Shown one piece after another: positions 50,862-64,000 of a stretch of 64,000 nt of DNA. Location of the stretch: contig OZ024745.1 in NCBI GenBank assembly GCA_964016885.1, forward strand, positions 79,298,001 through 79,362,000, given 5' to 3'. Origin of the DNA: Eledone cirrhosa (lineage: Eukaryota). The first letter of the stretch is position 1. Each line of letters starts with the position of its first letter. The notes beneath the pieces were generated by a model. The model was not told the DNA's origin and ran no database searches. It was given only the letters and a program-made list of their open reading frames with translations. The translations under genes were made by a program, and so were the position numbers.

Positions 50862-50897
50862 ATACATATATACATACATACATACATATACATACAT

Positions 50898-51240
50898 ACA
50901 TATATATATAAATACATAGTTTACAAATCCAGTATCCAAGATACACCTTTAGCTTCATACCCATCATTATTGGAGCTACGGGTTATATACCAACCCGCTT
51001 GGACAAAGTATGACTGAACTTGGATTTGCGGACAAAAAGCGCAGCTCCCTAATTCATAGTCTACAAATGGTTGCGATAGCTGGCACCTTCAAAATTTGCA
51101 AAACATTCTTTCGATTCAAGGGATGACAATTTCTTTTCTTTTACAACCTTGCCACCAGGAAGGTGGCCGGTCAAATAAATATACTCGAAATTAAGAGAAA
51201 GAGATAACATACAAATATACATACATACATACATACATAC
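50898..51240 (+). mobile_element. 3' fragment of an RLE-type (R4/Dong-like) non-LTR retrotransposon with (ACAT)n tail
   Basis: Reads LQIQYPRYTFSFIPIIIGATGYIP..ELGF..LIHSLQMVAIAGTFKICKTFF*, resembling the PIxIGAxG..LQ..GT C-terminus of RLE elements. Confidence 0.65.
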
Positions 51241-51274
51241 ACGCACGCACACCCACACACACACATAAAAAGAA

Positions 51275-52720
<1,446 letters not shown>

Positions 52721-53308
52721 CACACACACATACACACAATTTTTTGAGCAAATTTTATGTTAACTCAAGAGAAGGCATAAAACTGATAAGGACACTCAAT
52801 ATTAAAATAATTTTTTTAAAATAATTACAAATGACTGCTTCCAATGCAATAACTGGGACCTGTTAGCACATTTTTTAATTACAAAAAATTCATTTAAAGA
52901 ATATAAAATTTTTATCTGAAAGTAGGAATTGAAATAGCTGGATTTTTTTAAAGAACAAATCGACTGCCCCAAACATAGAAGGAAAATATAACTACTCACT
53001 TCTGTAAACTTTTCAGGCAGATGCTTTACAAAAACATCAATATGTTTATTTTTCCTAAAATGAATGAAAAAAAAAAAAAATCTAAGGATTTCCAAATACA
53101 TATTTGCCAGTGGATAAACTTATAAAACATTGCAGGAGAAACAATTGAAAAGTTCCTGTTTAGTAGCTTTTCATTTGTCACCACATTTATGAACATTTTA
53201 ATATCACTTATTGTTAGCCATCAAGCCAGTCTTGCTTCAGAGCTACAATAAAAAGCATTCAAGCAAAAACCATCCTGAAAAGTTTTTGTTATTTTTTTTT
53301 AGAAATAG

Positions 53309-53521
53309 TTAACACTTTAGCATTTAAAACGGCCATATCTGGCCAGAATTATCTCACCTCGTTCTGTTCAAACCAGCTGTAACTGGCCACTCATACTGAT
53401 GTTAAGCTACTGTCCTCTAAATAAATAATATCAAAATCCATTGATTCGATATTATGTGACAAAGCCTTTACCGTGAAAATATAATATTACATATAGAGTA
53501 ATGTAAATGCTAAAGGGTTAA
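53309..53521. mobile_element. MITE with TIRs and TTAA ends (piggyBac-like)
   Basis: TTAA-CACTTTAGCATTTA ... TAAATGCTAAAGGG-TTAA. Confidence 0.75.
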
Positions 53522-54642
53522 ATATTCTAGCGTGATGTTAGGTTGCGAGTTGAGTGATATTTAGCTGTTTTCCTAGAAAATTCACATTGTGGCACCTATT
53601 TTAGTTTTCCTTAGTCTGCTTCAACTTCAGAAACAGCCATCCTCAACTCACTCAATTCTGTCATGTTCCTAAAAGTAACTACATCTCTTGCACACACCAG
53701 CAAGTTTTTTTTCTGATTCAATATTGCTTTTTCAACTCATTTGTGCTTAGCCAACCATGTAAATCAATAGCACATCTAACAGACCATAATTAGCTGTTGC
53801 AAGCCTTCTGCATTCATCCATATTTTACTGCAATTCAGTATTACATTCGACATGGATAGCCTTCAAAGCCTTGTCTTTTAAAGCGAAAAAGAAACCATAG
53901 AAAGACAATCCAACTGATTGGTATAATGCCACACACCAACAAACTAACCTTGGCTAACCACTCATTGCCTTTTCAATCACCATTACAATAGAAGCCTCGG
54001 AAATTTGGCTGTTATTTCTAGTAGGTCGAACAATTGTACTGCATTGAAATTGCATGTACATTACATAAATTTGAAATTAATTGGTTCCTGAAATTTTAGT
54101 ATTTTTACATTAGTAAAGGAAAAAACTAGTCTGAAATAGTAACAATGGTTTGCAACATCAAGAAGAAATTAAAGAATAGAAGATTTGTAAAAAAAGCTTT
54201 ACACTTAGTTTTCAAAGTTTATTTTCTGTATTAATTTTGTGGTAAGGTATTTTGAGCTAATTCAAAAATAAATGAAAAATGGCAGCTTTTTTTTCTTCTA
54301 GACAGATATTAGAAATTCATCATGTACTTGAGTAACAACCATTTCTTATTTTCAGATAGAATGTTCAGTCTGTTCCTCTTTTAAAAGGGTATAATTAGTG
54401 GGGCATTTAACCCAATTTTAGCAGATTTAGAAACTAAGTAAAGGCTCCTTTATTCACTTAACTTGCAGGAGGTTAACATTACTTTGCAAGGCATAAGTAA
54501 TATGAACATCTGACTGAATACCCAAAACAAAAACAATGAGTGTACCAAAATTTGAAAAAAAAATCATATTCGTAGTCAAGCATCTTCCTTGCAAGTTATC
54601 TTAGTAAAAACAGAAAAAAAATTAAAAGAGTGAGAAATTTAC

Positions 54643-54750
54643 CTTTCACCCATAGTTAGATATTTCCCTGGTCCACAGTCGTAACTATTGAAATCTGTAT
54701 TATTGTAAGCTTCTTTTAAAGGGTTCCACTCATTTACATCAAAGGAAGCA
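54643..54750 (-). CDS. Putative 108-nt internal exon of an unidentified host gene
   Basis: Acceptor TTATTTGTTTTCTAG, donor AG|GTAAAT, open frame ASFDVNEWNPLKEAYNNTDFNSYDCGPGKYLTMGE. No homology recognised. Confidence 0.45.
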
Positions 54751-55439
54751 CTAGAAAACAAATAACCTAAACATTATAAGGGGTAGAGTAGCTAAAGTCA
54801 AGATGCTAATCAACAGACATGATCACAAGTTCAAACCTTATGACAGCTGTTGTGACTGTGGGCAAGGCACAGCAGGCTGCTGGTCTCAGTTACTTAACAG
54901 ACTGAACAAATTACACTTGTACTTCACAGAAAAGTAAAACAGTTTCAAAATTCAGATCAGGATGCAAGTATAGAAAAATGAATCTAAAACAGTAAAGAAA
55001 ATAAATAATCGCTATAAACCTTTTTGGAGAAGTTTAAGAATTCAAAAGTAATAACTACAATACCAATATGAAAAATCAATGCTAATTCTACTCTAAAACT
55101 GAGATACTATTTTAAACTATATCTTTTTTTAAACCATGCTATATAAATTTATACTTTGGACTATAAAATTCCATTCCACTCATATAAGCCAAAATTTCCA
55201 TTCCTTGTGTCTCTTTCTGTCATACAATTTCTCTTTGACTACTGTTTATTTGTGCTATGCACATATATCTATACATAGTTACATGTGTATATATGTAGTT
55301 AATTACTGTGTTGCTTATCTGTAACAGTTGTGATGTTTTGTTGATAAACAAGTGTAAGCAGGTAAGAGCATTCCACATCAGTCGTATCTATCCAGCATCA
55401 CGGTGGCAATCAAATGTGACAGTTTCCATGTATAACATT

Positions 55440-55538
55440 AATTGTTTCTACTTTTGGCACAAGGCCAGCAATTACCCAGTGTATTACTGGTACTTTATTT
55501 TATCGACCCCGTAAGGATGAGAGGCAAAGTTAACCTCC
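55440..55538 (-). mobile_element. 3' half of a second-family SINE (head at 57349-57404)
   Basis: Matches 50022-50118; the head matches 50140-50194. Confidence 0.8.
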
Positions 55539-55570
55539 ATGTATGAAATTAATGTTAGATAATAGTATTT

Positions 55571-56007
55571 CATCATCATCTTTGTTTAATGTCCATTTTC
55601 CACGCTAGCATGGGTTAGACGGGAGTTGTCCCGCTTGAGGCAAGGCTGGTCGGGTGACCGTGTCTCGCTCATATAGGACTATCTGGCAGGTTTTCTACGG
55701 CTGGATGCCCTTCCTAACACCAACCACATTTACAGTGTGGAACTGGGAACTTTTTACCGTGTTACCTACACGGCCACATTACAGCGTGGACTGTGTTTTT
55801 TTGTCGTGACACCTACACGATCTCGATTTCTTGTGCTGTTGGTGGGAGTGGGAGGATAGGGTAAGGGTAGTGGATTGGGGTGTATATTTGGTCAAGAGGT
55901 GCCTACTGACTGTAGGTTTCGCTTTGTACATAGGCAAGGCGGGTCTTCTGTATTACTGCATAGCGCCAAAGATCTCGGTCCAGAGACATTGTCTTAGAGA
56001 GATGTAA
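55571..56007 (-). mobile_element. 3' end of an RTE A2-like LINE
   Basis: Similar to 368-838; (CAT)n tail on +. Confidence 0.9.
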
Positions 56008-57338
56008 AGATATGAAGGCAGGGAAGGCAACTGGTCCATCGGGTATAGCTGCCAATATGCTGAAGGCATCTAGGTCGGTATGTCACACCATAACCACATG
56101 TATTGTTAACCAGGTAATACTAGGTGTCATACCAAAGGATTGGTGCAGTAGCATCATTGTCAACTAGATAGAGGAAACTATAGAGGTATAAAGCTGATGG
56201 ACCAGGTCATGAAAGTAACAGAAAGAGTTATCCCCGTGCTATAATCTGGTAGGCTCTTAGAAAACTAGGAGTAGATGAATGGCTTGTGAAAGCTGTACAA
56301 GCCATGTATAGGGGAGCAGTCAGCAAAGTTAGGATTAGCAATGAATATAGCGAGGAATTTAGCGTACAGGTCGGTGTCCACCAGGGCTCTGTCTTTAGCC
56401 CTCTCCTGTTCATCATAGTCCTGCAGGCAATAATGGAGGACTTTAAGACCGGATGCCCATGGGAACTCCTGTATGCAGAAAACCTCACACTTATAGCTGA
56501 ATCTATGGTAGAACTAGAGAAGAAATTCCAAACTTGGAAGCAGGGACTAGAAAGAAAGGGTCTCAAAGTCAACCTGACAAAGACTAAGGTCCTTGTAAGT
56601 AGACGAGAAAACAGAACCCAGATCCCCTCAGGGAAATGGCCTTGCTCAGTATGTAGGAACTCCATTCTCTGCCCCAAATGCAAACAATGGGTACACAAGA
56701 GCTGTAGCGGGATCTCAGGAAGCTTAACTAAGAATGTAGGCTTCACATGTAGCAGCTGTGCTGGGACAGCAAACAGCTACAGGAAACAAGTACCACCAAA
56801 CTCTGGGAGGGCTCTGTAGAAACAGTAGACAGCTTCTGCTACCTAGGTGACAGAATTAGCAGCGAAGGTGGGTGTTCGGAAAGTACAATAACTAGGGTAA
56901 GAACGGGATGGAAGAAGTTCAGGGAGCTACTACCACTGCTAGCTGCAAAAGGCTTTTCCCTCAATATGAAAAGCAGACTGTATGATGCGTGTATCCGAAC
57001 AGCGATGTTGCATGGTAGTGAGACCTGGGCGCTGAAGGACTTACGTAGATTAGAGAGAAACGAAGCCTGCATGCTCCGATGGATGTGTAATAGTAATATA
57101 CGCAATCGGCAAAGCATAAATGAATTGAGAGAGAGACTGAGCATAAGAGGAATCAAATGCTGCGTGCAGGAGAAGTGGTTGCGTTGGTATGGACATGTGA
57201 TGCGTATGAAGGATGACAGCTGCATAAAAAGGTGCAGAGCACTAGAAGTCGATGGAAACCGTGAAGACCTGGGATGAGGTGATAAAAGTGGACCTTACCC
57301 AATTACACCTCTCAAAGGCGATGACACATGACCGTGAC
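56008..57338 (+). mobile_element. Decayed internal segment of RTE family A1 in inverted orientation
   Basis: Highly similar to the reverse complement of about 19240-20817, with several deletions; YADD is mutated to YAEN. Confidence 0.92.
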
Positions 57339-57641
57339 GTCATGCAGCTGTAACTATGCGTCAAAGCATGGCGTCCGACCCTCTACCGATACTGCCAATC
57401 CACCATAATGAATGTTAGATTACCAAATCACTCCAAATTTTTGAATATTTTCAAGATTTGAAAGTAAAATACGGTGTCATTAGATATATGGTGAAAGGCT
57501 GAAACAAATAAAACAATGTCACTTTTAGATATCTACTTCCATTTGTTGGCCTTATTTGCTGTGATTAAAGGGCTCATCACTGACAATTGTTTAGTCCCAA
57601 ATCAGCTGTTTGAGCCAGCCTTTGATCAATGACATTCCAAC

Positions 57642-60600
57642 CATAATAATAATAATGAAATATTGTGTACAGTGCTCAGGTGCACTACAACTCATCAAAA
57701 GTGTATGTATAGTACATAGGGTAATGTATAAACGTCAGGGAAATGAACAGTGCATGAGTCATGATATACACGTGTGCATGTGTATGGAAGGGGTACATCA
57801 GGTGTAGTTTTGGCGTATTTCGGGAAGCATGAGTGTCTTAAAGGATGCAGTGTCTCGGCAGCTAACAACTGACGCAGGCAGTTTGTTCCATGCTTCAGCA
57901 ATTCTGAGCGTGAAAAAATGTCTACGAAAGTCATGGGAGCTGTGCTGTTTTCTGATTTTGTAGGCATGTCCACGTGTGTTAGACACATGGAGATCAAAAA
58001 GATGCTCAGGGTTGTTGTTGGCGAGATGGTTAATAACTTTGTGGGTGTTTACCAAGTCCATTGCCAGATGTCGGAGCTGCAATGAATCCATGTCCAGGGA
58101 AGCAAGGCGTTCAGAGTATGGTAGGTGTGATGAAGGGTATGCGCTTGGTTGCACGTCTCTGAACAGTTTCCAGGCGGTCAATGTTCTGAGCAAGATAGGG
58201 GTTCCAGACTGATGATGTGAATTCCAAGTGTGGTCGTACCATAGCTGTATACAGTTTTAAATAGATGACTGGAGAGCGGCTAACAAAGGTCTTGCTGAGT
58301 GATGCCAAGACACCCTCGGCCTTCTTGACAATCCTAGAGACATGCTTTGTCCAACGCAAATCGCTGCTGACAGTCATGCCCAGGTCACGTTCACAAGAGG
58401 ACTTCTTGATATCAGTGTTGTGGAGGGAGTATGTGGACACTGGATTTTTCCTCCCAAAATGCATGGTGGTACACTTGTCCACAGCCAGCTTCAGTTGCCA
58501 GTCTGTGATCCATTGCTGCATTGTGTCCAGGTCTGATTGTAGGAAAGAGTTGTAGATTTCAGGATCAGTCCTTTTGATTTCAAGGTACAGCTTGATGTCA
58601 TCTGCATATTTCCGTACCGTGGCATTCTGTAAGTTGGCATCTATGTCATTAATATATGCCACAAACAAAAGGGGACCAAGAACAGATCCCTGTGGTACAC
58701 CAGATGACATCTCATATGGTGAAGAATGCTGTCCTAGAACCGTGACTACCTCTTTTCGGCTGAGAATGAAGGATTTCAACCAGTCGAAAAGATCATCCCT
58801 CACACCCATTGCAGAGAGTTTTGCCATAAGTCTTTTGTGTGGCACAGAATTAAAAGCCTTAGCAAAGTCAAGGTAAACAACATCCACCCATGAGCCGCTG
58901 TCAGTGATCCGGGTGATGTCTTCAAGGAACTCGATAAGCTGATCACAGCAGCTGGAGTTAGGGATAAATCCAAACTATGAGGGCCGGATGAGGCTGTGAG
59001 AGCTCCAGAAGTTCCAAAGTGTTTCTCTGACACAGGATTCCATCAGTTTGGCCACACAGCTAGTAAGACTGACTGGACGATAGTTGACAGGTGACATGCG
59101 GTTGCCCTTTTTGAACAGGGGAATGACACTGGCAGTTTTCCACTGCTCCGGAGTAGCACCATTGTTGAGACAGTATTGAAAGAAGAAAGAAAGCTGGCGC
59201 AAAAGGAAATACCCGCCACGTTTGAGAAGCAGGTATGAAACACCATCAAGACCAGGGGAGGCATAGTTGCGCTTATTCTTAAGGTGACGTCGCAGCATTG
59301 CAGGTGTAAATTCCATAGTTGTTATGGAATTTGATGTTAGAGATGGTACATTCTGGTTTTCAACAGTAAAAATACATGCATAGCACTCAGCAAAGAGTTC
59401 TGCGCATTCTTTGGTATCGTCAGTGATCTGGCTTGTGTGGGGATTGTGAAGAGGACCAACTGGAGAGTGAGGTCTCTGCTTTGAATGAACATTTTCCAGA
59501 ACACCTTACTGTCAGGATTGGTTGCTATGCACTGTTCAAATTCAAGCACTGCCTTCTTTGTCACTTGCTTGAGATGGTTAGAAGATTTATTCCACTTTTT
59601 TCTGTTGGCATCTGATTTATGCAGTTTATATTCCCATTCAGCGTTCCAACGTTCTTTCCTGGCAAGTCGGACTGCTGACGTTTCCCAAATTGCACTTTTG
59701 GGGTGGTTTTTTTTCTGCTTACGTGGCACCGATGCTGCACACGCTATCCATATTGAGTCCAGGATGCTCTGGAGTATAGTTTTCACATCTCCAGAGTTAT
59801 ACATCTCATGCCAGTTTGGGCGCTGTAGCTCAGTGCAGTACAAGTTCCAATCTGCTTTCTTCCAATCAAAGCAAGCAGATTGGGAGATGGCTCTGGTTTT
59901 TGATGCTGCCCGCAAGAGCCAGATTGGCAATGATCATAGCATGATCAGAGTCGCCTAGAGGTTCCTCAGTAGTACAACTGATAACCACTTCAGGAGTAGT
60001 GGTGAAGATCAGGTCCAAAGTGTTGTCACCTCTTGTTGGAGAGGTGACCACTTGTTGTGACCAGTTTGAGTCACCTGCAATAAACACATAAGTGCTGTTT
60101 TCTTGGCACCAACTCCGAGGATATCGCAAAGCTGTGTGTCCTGATGGTAGTTGGGGGGCGATAAACAACAGCAAGCAGAAGTGTTGACATGGTCATACGT
60201 ATGTCACAAAAAAATACTTCTCGTGATTCGTTCAAATCAACGCAAGGAATTACCGAAAAGTTTGAACGAACGTAGACCGTCACACCATCACCATGGCGAT
60301 TAATGCGGTCCTTGCGGAAAAGGTTGTACCCAGTAATGCTGAAAACCCCATCACAGAGTAAGGAATGTGCCCAAGCGTCCGTGACTGTGATGAAGTCAGG
60401 GTCGATGTTTCTGACGTAGGAGTCAAACAGATGTATCTTGTTGCATAAACTGCGAGCATTTAAGCACAACAATTTGTACCCTGCTTGCAGTTTATGATGG
60501 TGTGTAGAGGGTGGCAGGTTGTTCTGGTTTAGTTTCCCAGAGTTGTTGCAGTTTTTTCATTGCCAGTTATTGTGGGTAGAGCGCACTCAGACCAGCTGGT

Positions 60601-61760
60601 ATCTCTCTTCCACATTTCACCAGCCTTAACAAACCTCCAGATCTGCCCATCATCACGCAGACTAAAACTTTCATGTTGTGCTGAGTTCCGATTCAAGGAA
60701 GCTGCAGCACGTAGCTTTGGACGTACATGGGATGGTAGGCCTGGGCGTGTTCGGAAGGTCATCCGATTTTCACGCCCAGCTTTAACAGAGGCCAGATGGT
60801 ATGAGATTGCTTCAGCGAGGTCCGAAAAAGACAGCCTGATGAGTCTGAGTTTTGGACCAGGTCAACCAAGGCGGAGAGCACCTTTTGTGGGAACACAGCC
60901 TAAGTCTTTGGCTGAGCTGGCAGCAAATGCCTGAAGATCAGCCTTGTCCTCTGGTACCCCAATGGCAATTACTTCATGGGTAGCAGATTCCGCAGTCTTC
61001 TAAGTGTGCCCAGATACGGCAAGGGGTACAGGGAGATTCTTTAGCAAGGCATTCCGATAAGACCCCTCATTGTGGGGTCCTACCCGAATGCTTGCCTTTA
61101 TTCCAGAAATCATTAGTTGCAATTCTGCAAAATCTGTACTGGTCGGTTGTATTTGATGTTCCTCCACGAGAATGGTAGGGGAAGACATGGGTTGTTGTTG
61201 TTTCTGATGTTCTCCCACAGGAATAGCGGCAGAAGCCAGTGTCATAGGTTTTTGCCGTTGTTCAGTAACAATGGTAGAGGAAGATAGTCATCGGTTTTTT
61301 TTTCAATAACATTGGTGGAGGCAGGTACACAGGCTAGACACTGAAAGGACCAGCATTTTAGCTGGACCATCTCCCAGATTCCATCCATCATAGCATTATG
61401 ATGTCTCTTTTTTTGGCCTGGGATCCTCCGGAAGCCTGTGGCGCATTGAAGGTAGACAGATGTGACAGGTTCCACATTCGACCCAGCGATTACGAAACGA
61501 GTTTTCGGGTTCCGTACAAATATGGCAGGTGTGATTTTCTGGGCAATGTTCTATTTCGGAACATCGACCAGTTTTGTCGCATACTTCACCCATGGATATC
61601 ACCATGGCAATTTTGTTATTTCTGCCCATCCGTAGAAAAACACAGAATGTAAACAATATAGGCTTAGCGCACTTGATTACGATAGAAATAAAATGTCTGT
61701 TTTTTGTTTTGTTTTTTTGTGTATTTTGTTTCCTATGTATTATGTGTGTGTGTATGCAAC
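57642..61760 (-). mobile_element. Decayed near-full-length CR1-clade LINE (ORF1 with PHD-like finger, APE, RT, (ATT)n tail)
   Basis: Fragments LCLNARSL, NTLDLIFT..SDH, NYRPVSLTS, LDFAKAF, GVPQGSVLGP, YADD, TRGH..K..FFTLR..WNKLP; ORF1 CHIC..WVECGTC..FQCLAC. Many stops and frameshifts; the 5' boundary is approximate. Confidence 0.9.
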
Positions 61761-62175
61761 AAGATCTGCACACGAATATATAATTATATATATATATATA
61801 ATTAAAAGGTGTATGTGGGTTAGAAGCGAAGTCAGTGTTCAGAAATATTTTACAAATGTACGAAATAGTGTGGTTTCTTTTCACTTGTGTGTATATGCAT
61901 GCGGTATGTATCTGTATATAGATTTGTGTGAATATTGTTGTTTATAGATTTTGTGAAGTATTTACTGCGATCCCTAAGGGATGTAGTGATTTGTTTTGTT
62001 TTTTCCCCCCGTCCATGTAATCATCCAATTTTTTTACCTAGGACTACATTATTCAATGTCTTTTCAAATATGATATGAAGGAGATTTGGCTACAAATTTT
62101 AGCAAGCCAAGCAACCAAATAGAGGATGACGAAAAAAAAGTTTCTATGTACAAATAAAAAAGGAAATAATCTTAC

Positions 62176-62205
62176 CTGTAAGACATTTCAAAATTTGGGT
62201 TTCAC
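62176..62205 (-). CDS. Putative 30-nt microexon
   Basis: Strong acceptor TTGTTTTCTTCTTTCTGTAG and donor CAG|GTAAGA; the only open frame is (x)ETQILKCLT. Confidence 0.35.
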
Positions 62206-62380
62206 CTACAGAAAGAAGAAAACAAATAATTACATCTATTTTTTTGTAGTTTTAAAAATAATGAAGATCATTTCTTGTTTCTATTTTATTCCATTGCCAG
62301 GTTCTTCAGATAACAACTGAAGAATTTCATAAACCAAAATTAGAGAAAAGGATATTAAGTTTTTAACCAAAATTGGAATA

Positions 62381-62520
62381 TCATCATCATCACCGTTTTA
62401 CATCCATTTTTCCATGCTAGCAGTTGTCCTGTTGTGGGCACTGCTTGGTCAGGTGACCATGTCTTGCACATACAGAACTGATTAATTTTTACAGCTGGTT
62501 GCCCTTCCTAACGCCAACCC
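62381..62520 (-). mobile_element. Old RTE-A1/SINE-type 3' end fragment
   Basis: Diverged match to 18886-19040, including the (CAT)n tail and GCCCTTCCTAAC. Confidence 0.75.
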
Positions 62521-63037
62521 TTCGGGTGGTTTTCCTGCTAGCATGTGTAGTGTGTATATTGATATTATACACATATTATATACATGTAGATATGATACAT
62601 CAAATAAAATCGTAATTGACAATATACACAGAAATTGAACGAAGACTGCGTTACACTGTCTTATGTAATCAGTAAAGTAATCCATGATACATTAAAAAAA
62701 GACGATATTATATTAGTGACAGAAAATTAGTATGTTTATTCAAGCGATCGCCAACCGGAAGTGTTGACATTTCAGAAATTTTAAAGAAGTGAATCTTTAA
62801 ATAAACAAAATATATTTAATCAACAGCCACGAAATTTAGTAGATAAATTATGTAATATTCATTCATTATTTATTCAAAGTAATCCAACTTATTTTACTAA
62901 TGGGATAAAAAATTATAAACCGTACGCAGTCCCGCGCTCCTCCCTTTATTATAGTTTAGATTGATTAATGGCTTCTTTTCTGTTTATACAATCTATGTTA
63001 TAAGAGCTGTTCCACTATAAAACAATAAAGTCCTTAC

Positions 63038-63187
63038 ATCTTCTGGCAGTGCATGTAAGCTATAGAAACCAACGTGTATTATTGGAACTTTATCATAACA
63101 ATCTAGCAATGACATTGACAGCCAAATGAAACTAAAAATCGCTAAATTACAAATGATTGATTTGTGAATATTGTTTTTGTAATCTTT
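63038..63187 (-). CDS. Putative 150-nt exon with a hydrophobic segment
   Basis: Acceptor TTTGCAG, donor GAT|GTAAGG, open phase-0 frame KDYKNNIHKSIICNLAIFSFIWLSMSLLDCYDKVPIIHVGFYSLHALPED. Confidence 0.35.
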
Positions 63188-63261
63188 CTGCAAATTCAGT
63201 TTAAGAGTAAGAAAAATGTATTCATAAAAATGTTTCTAGGAAATTAAACATAAAAGGCATG

Positions 63262-63367
63262 GCGAGGTTAACTTTGCCTTTCATCCTTACGGGATCGATA
63301 AAATAAAGTACCAGTAATACACTGAGATAATTGTTGGCCTTGTGCCAAAAGTAGAAACAATTATTAT
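63262..63367 (+). mobile_element. 3' half of a second-family SINE
   Basis: GCCTTTCATCCTTACGGGATCGATAAAATAA..GGCCTTGTGCCAAAAGTAGAAACAATTATTAT. Confidence 0.8.
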
Positions 63368-63877
63368 AGAACACCTCACATTTTTTTCCTCGGTTATTTC
63401 GATATTTATCTAACCTCCAAAATGCTGGCAGTCAACTTTTTCCCCCAGAGAACGGAGGGGGGGGGGGGTGATGCCACCCTCGGACTTTTCTCTGCGACTT
63501 TTTTTTTTGCCGAATGATAACAAATAGGGCCTCCAATCCGGTCGGTCGGAAATGACTAGATTCGTAGAAAAAATGGGAGAAAAGACCATCGGAGTTTCAC
63601 TGTTCTACACCTCTCGCGTTTGGTGAGGAAAAAAAGTTGATTACCAGCACCTTGGAGGTTAGATTAGTTGATAGCACACGAAAAATAAAAACGAGGAAAA
63701 AGTTTTTCCCCACTGAAAACAAATGTGATACGCTATAAATTTACCATAGTATAAATAGTTATGTGCAAAAAAAAAAAAAAAAAAAGTTTAAATTCATGAA
63801 TATAGATAGCGAACTAAATAAGTTAAGTTTCTAGATGTGTATCCAGTTTAGAATAGGTACACCTTATTCATGGGTAT

Positions 63878-63945
63878 GTGATAGGAAGGGCATCAGGCTG
63901 TAAAACATTACGCCAATTACCCATGCCAACATAAAATTGATGTAC
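63878..63945 (+). mobile_element. Degenerate SINE/RTE tail
   Basis: AGGAAGGGCATCAGGCTGTAAAA..ACCCATGCCAACAT. Confidence 0.5.
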
Positions 63946-64000
63946 TGTGTTGCCTCTTTAGCTTTCCCTTTGTCCATTGCCATGTATTGTCAATATTTTG

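Noticed and set aside
63370-63830. GC-richer segment resembling a DNA-transposon end
   Set aside because: No TIR pair, TSD or second copy is visible in the window, so it cannot be supported.

Overview
Repeat-dominated animal genomic DNA. The repeat families look like those of coleoid cephalopods such as octopus; this is an inference from recalled repeat consensuses. Over half of the window is kilobase-scale (TA)n/(TACA)n microsatellite, and all the giant Y/I/M/C/V/H/T ORFs are just translations of it. The microsatellite field (about 320-51250) hosts many retroelements. One full-length RTE-clade LINE has an intact 1039-aa ORF (APE endonuclease, RT, and a C4HC3 PHD-type finger just after the RT core). 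There are also truncated copies of three more RTE families, a bipartite non-autonomous RTE, two Penelope-like (GIY-YIG) elements, an ORF-less element, CR1-type and R4/Dong-type fragments, and tRNA-derived SINEs. Three different type-I hammerhead ribozyme motifs can be folded by hand (9189-9248 -, 18073-18120 +, 25461-25506 -), and each belongs to an insertion showing fold-back or inverted structure. A large palindrome is centred near 26660; its right arm decays into T->G-biased noise, so an assembly artefact is possible. A 200-N gap lies at 43878-44077. The last 13 kb is ordinary AT-rich intron-like DNA with a Helitron-like element, a TTAA MITE, an inverted chimeric RTE insertion, a decayed near-full-length CR1, and a few putative minus-strand exons of an unidentified gene. 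All calls were made by eye, without database searches.
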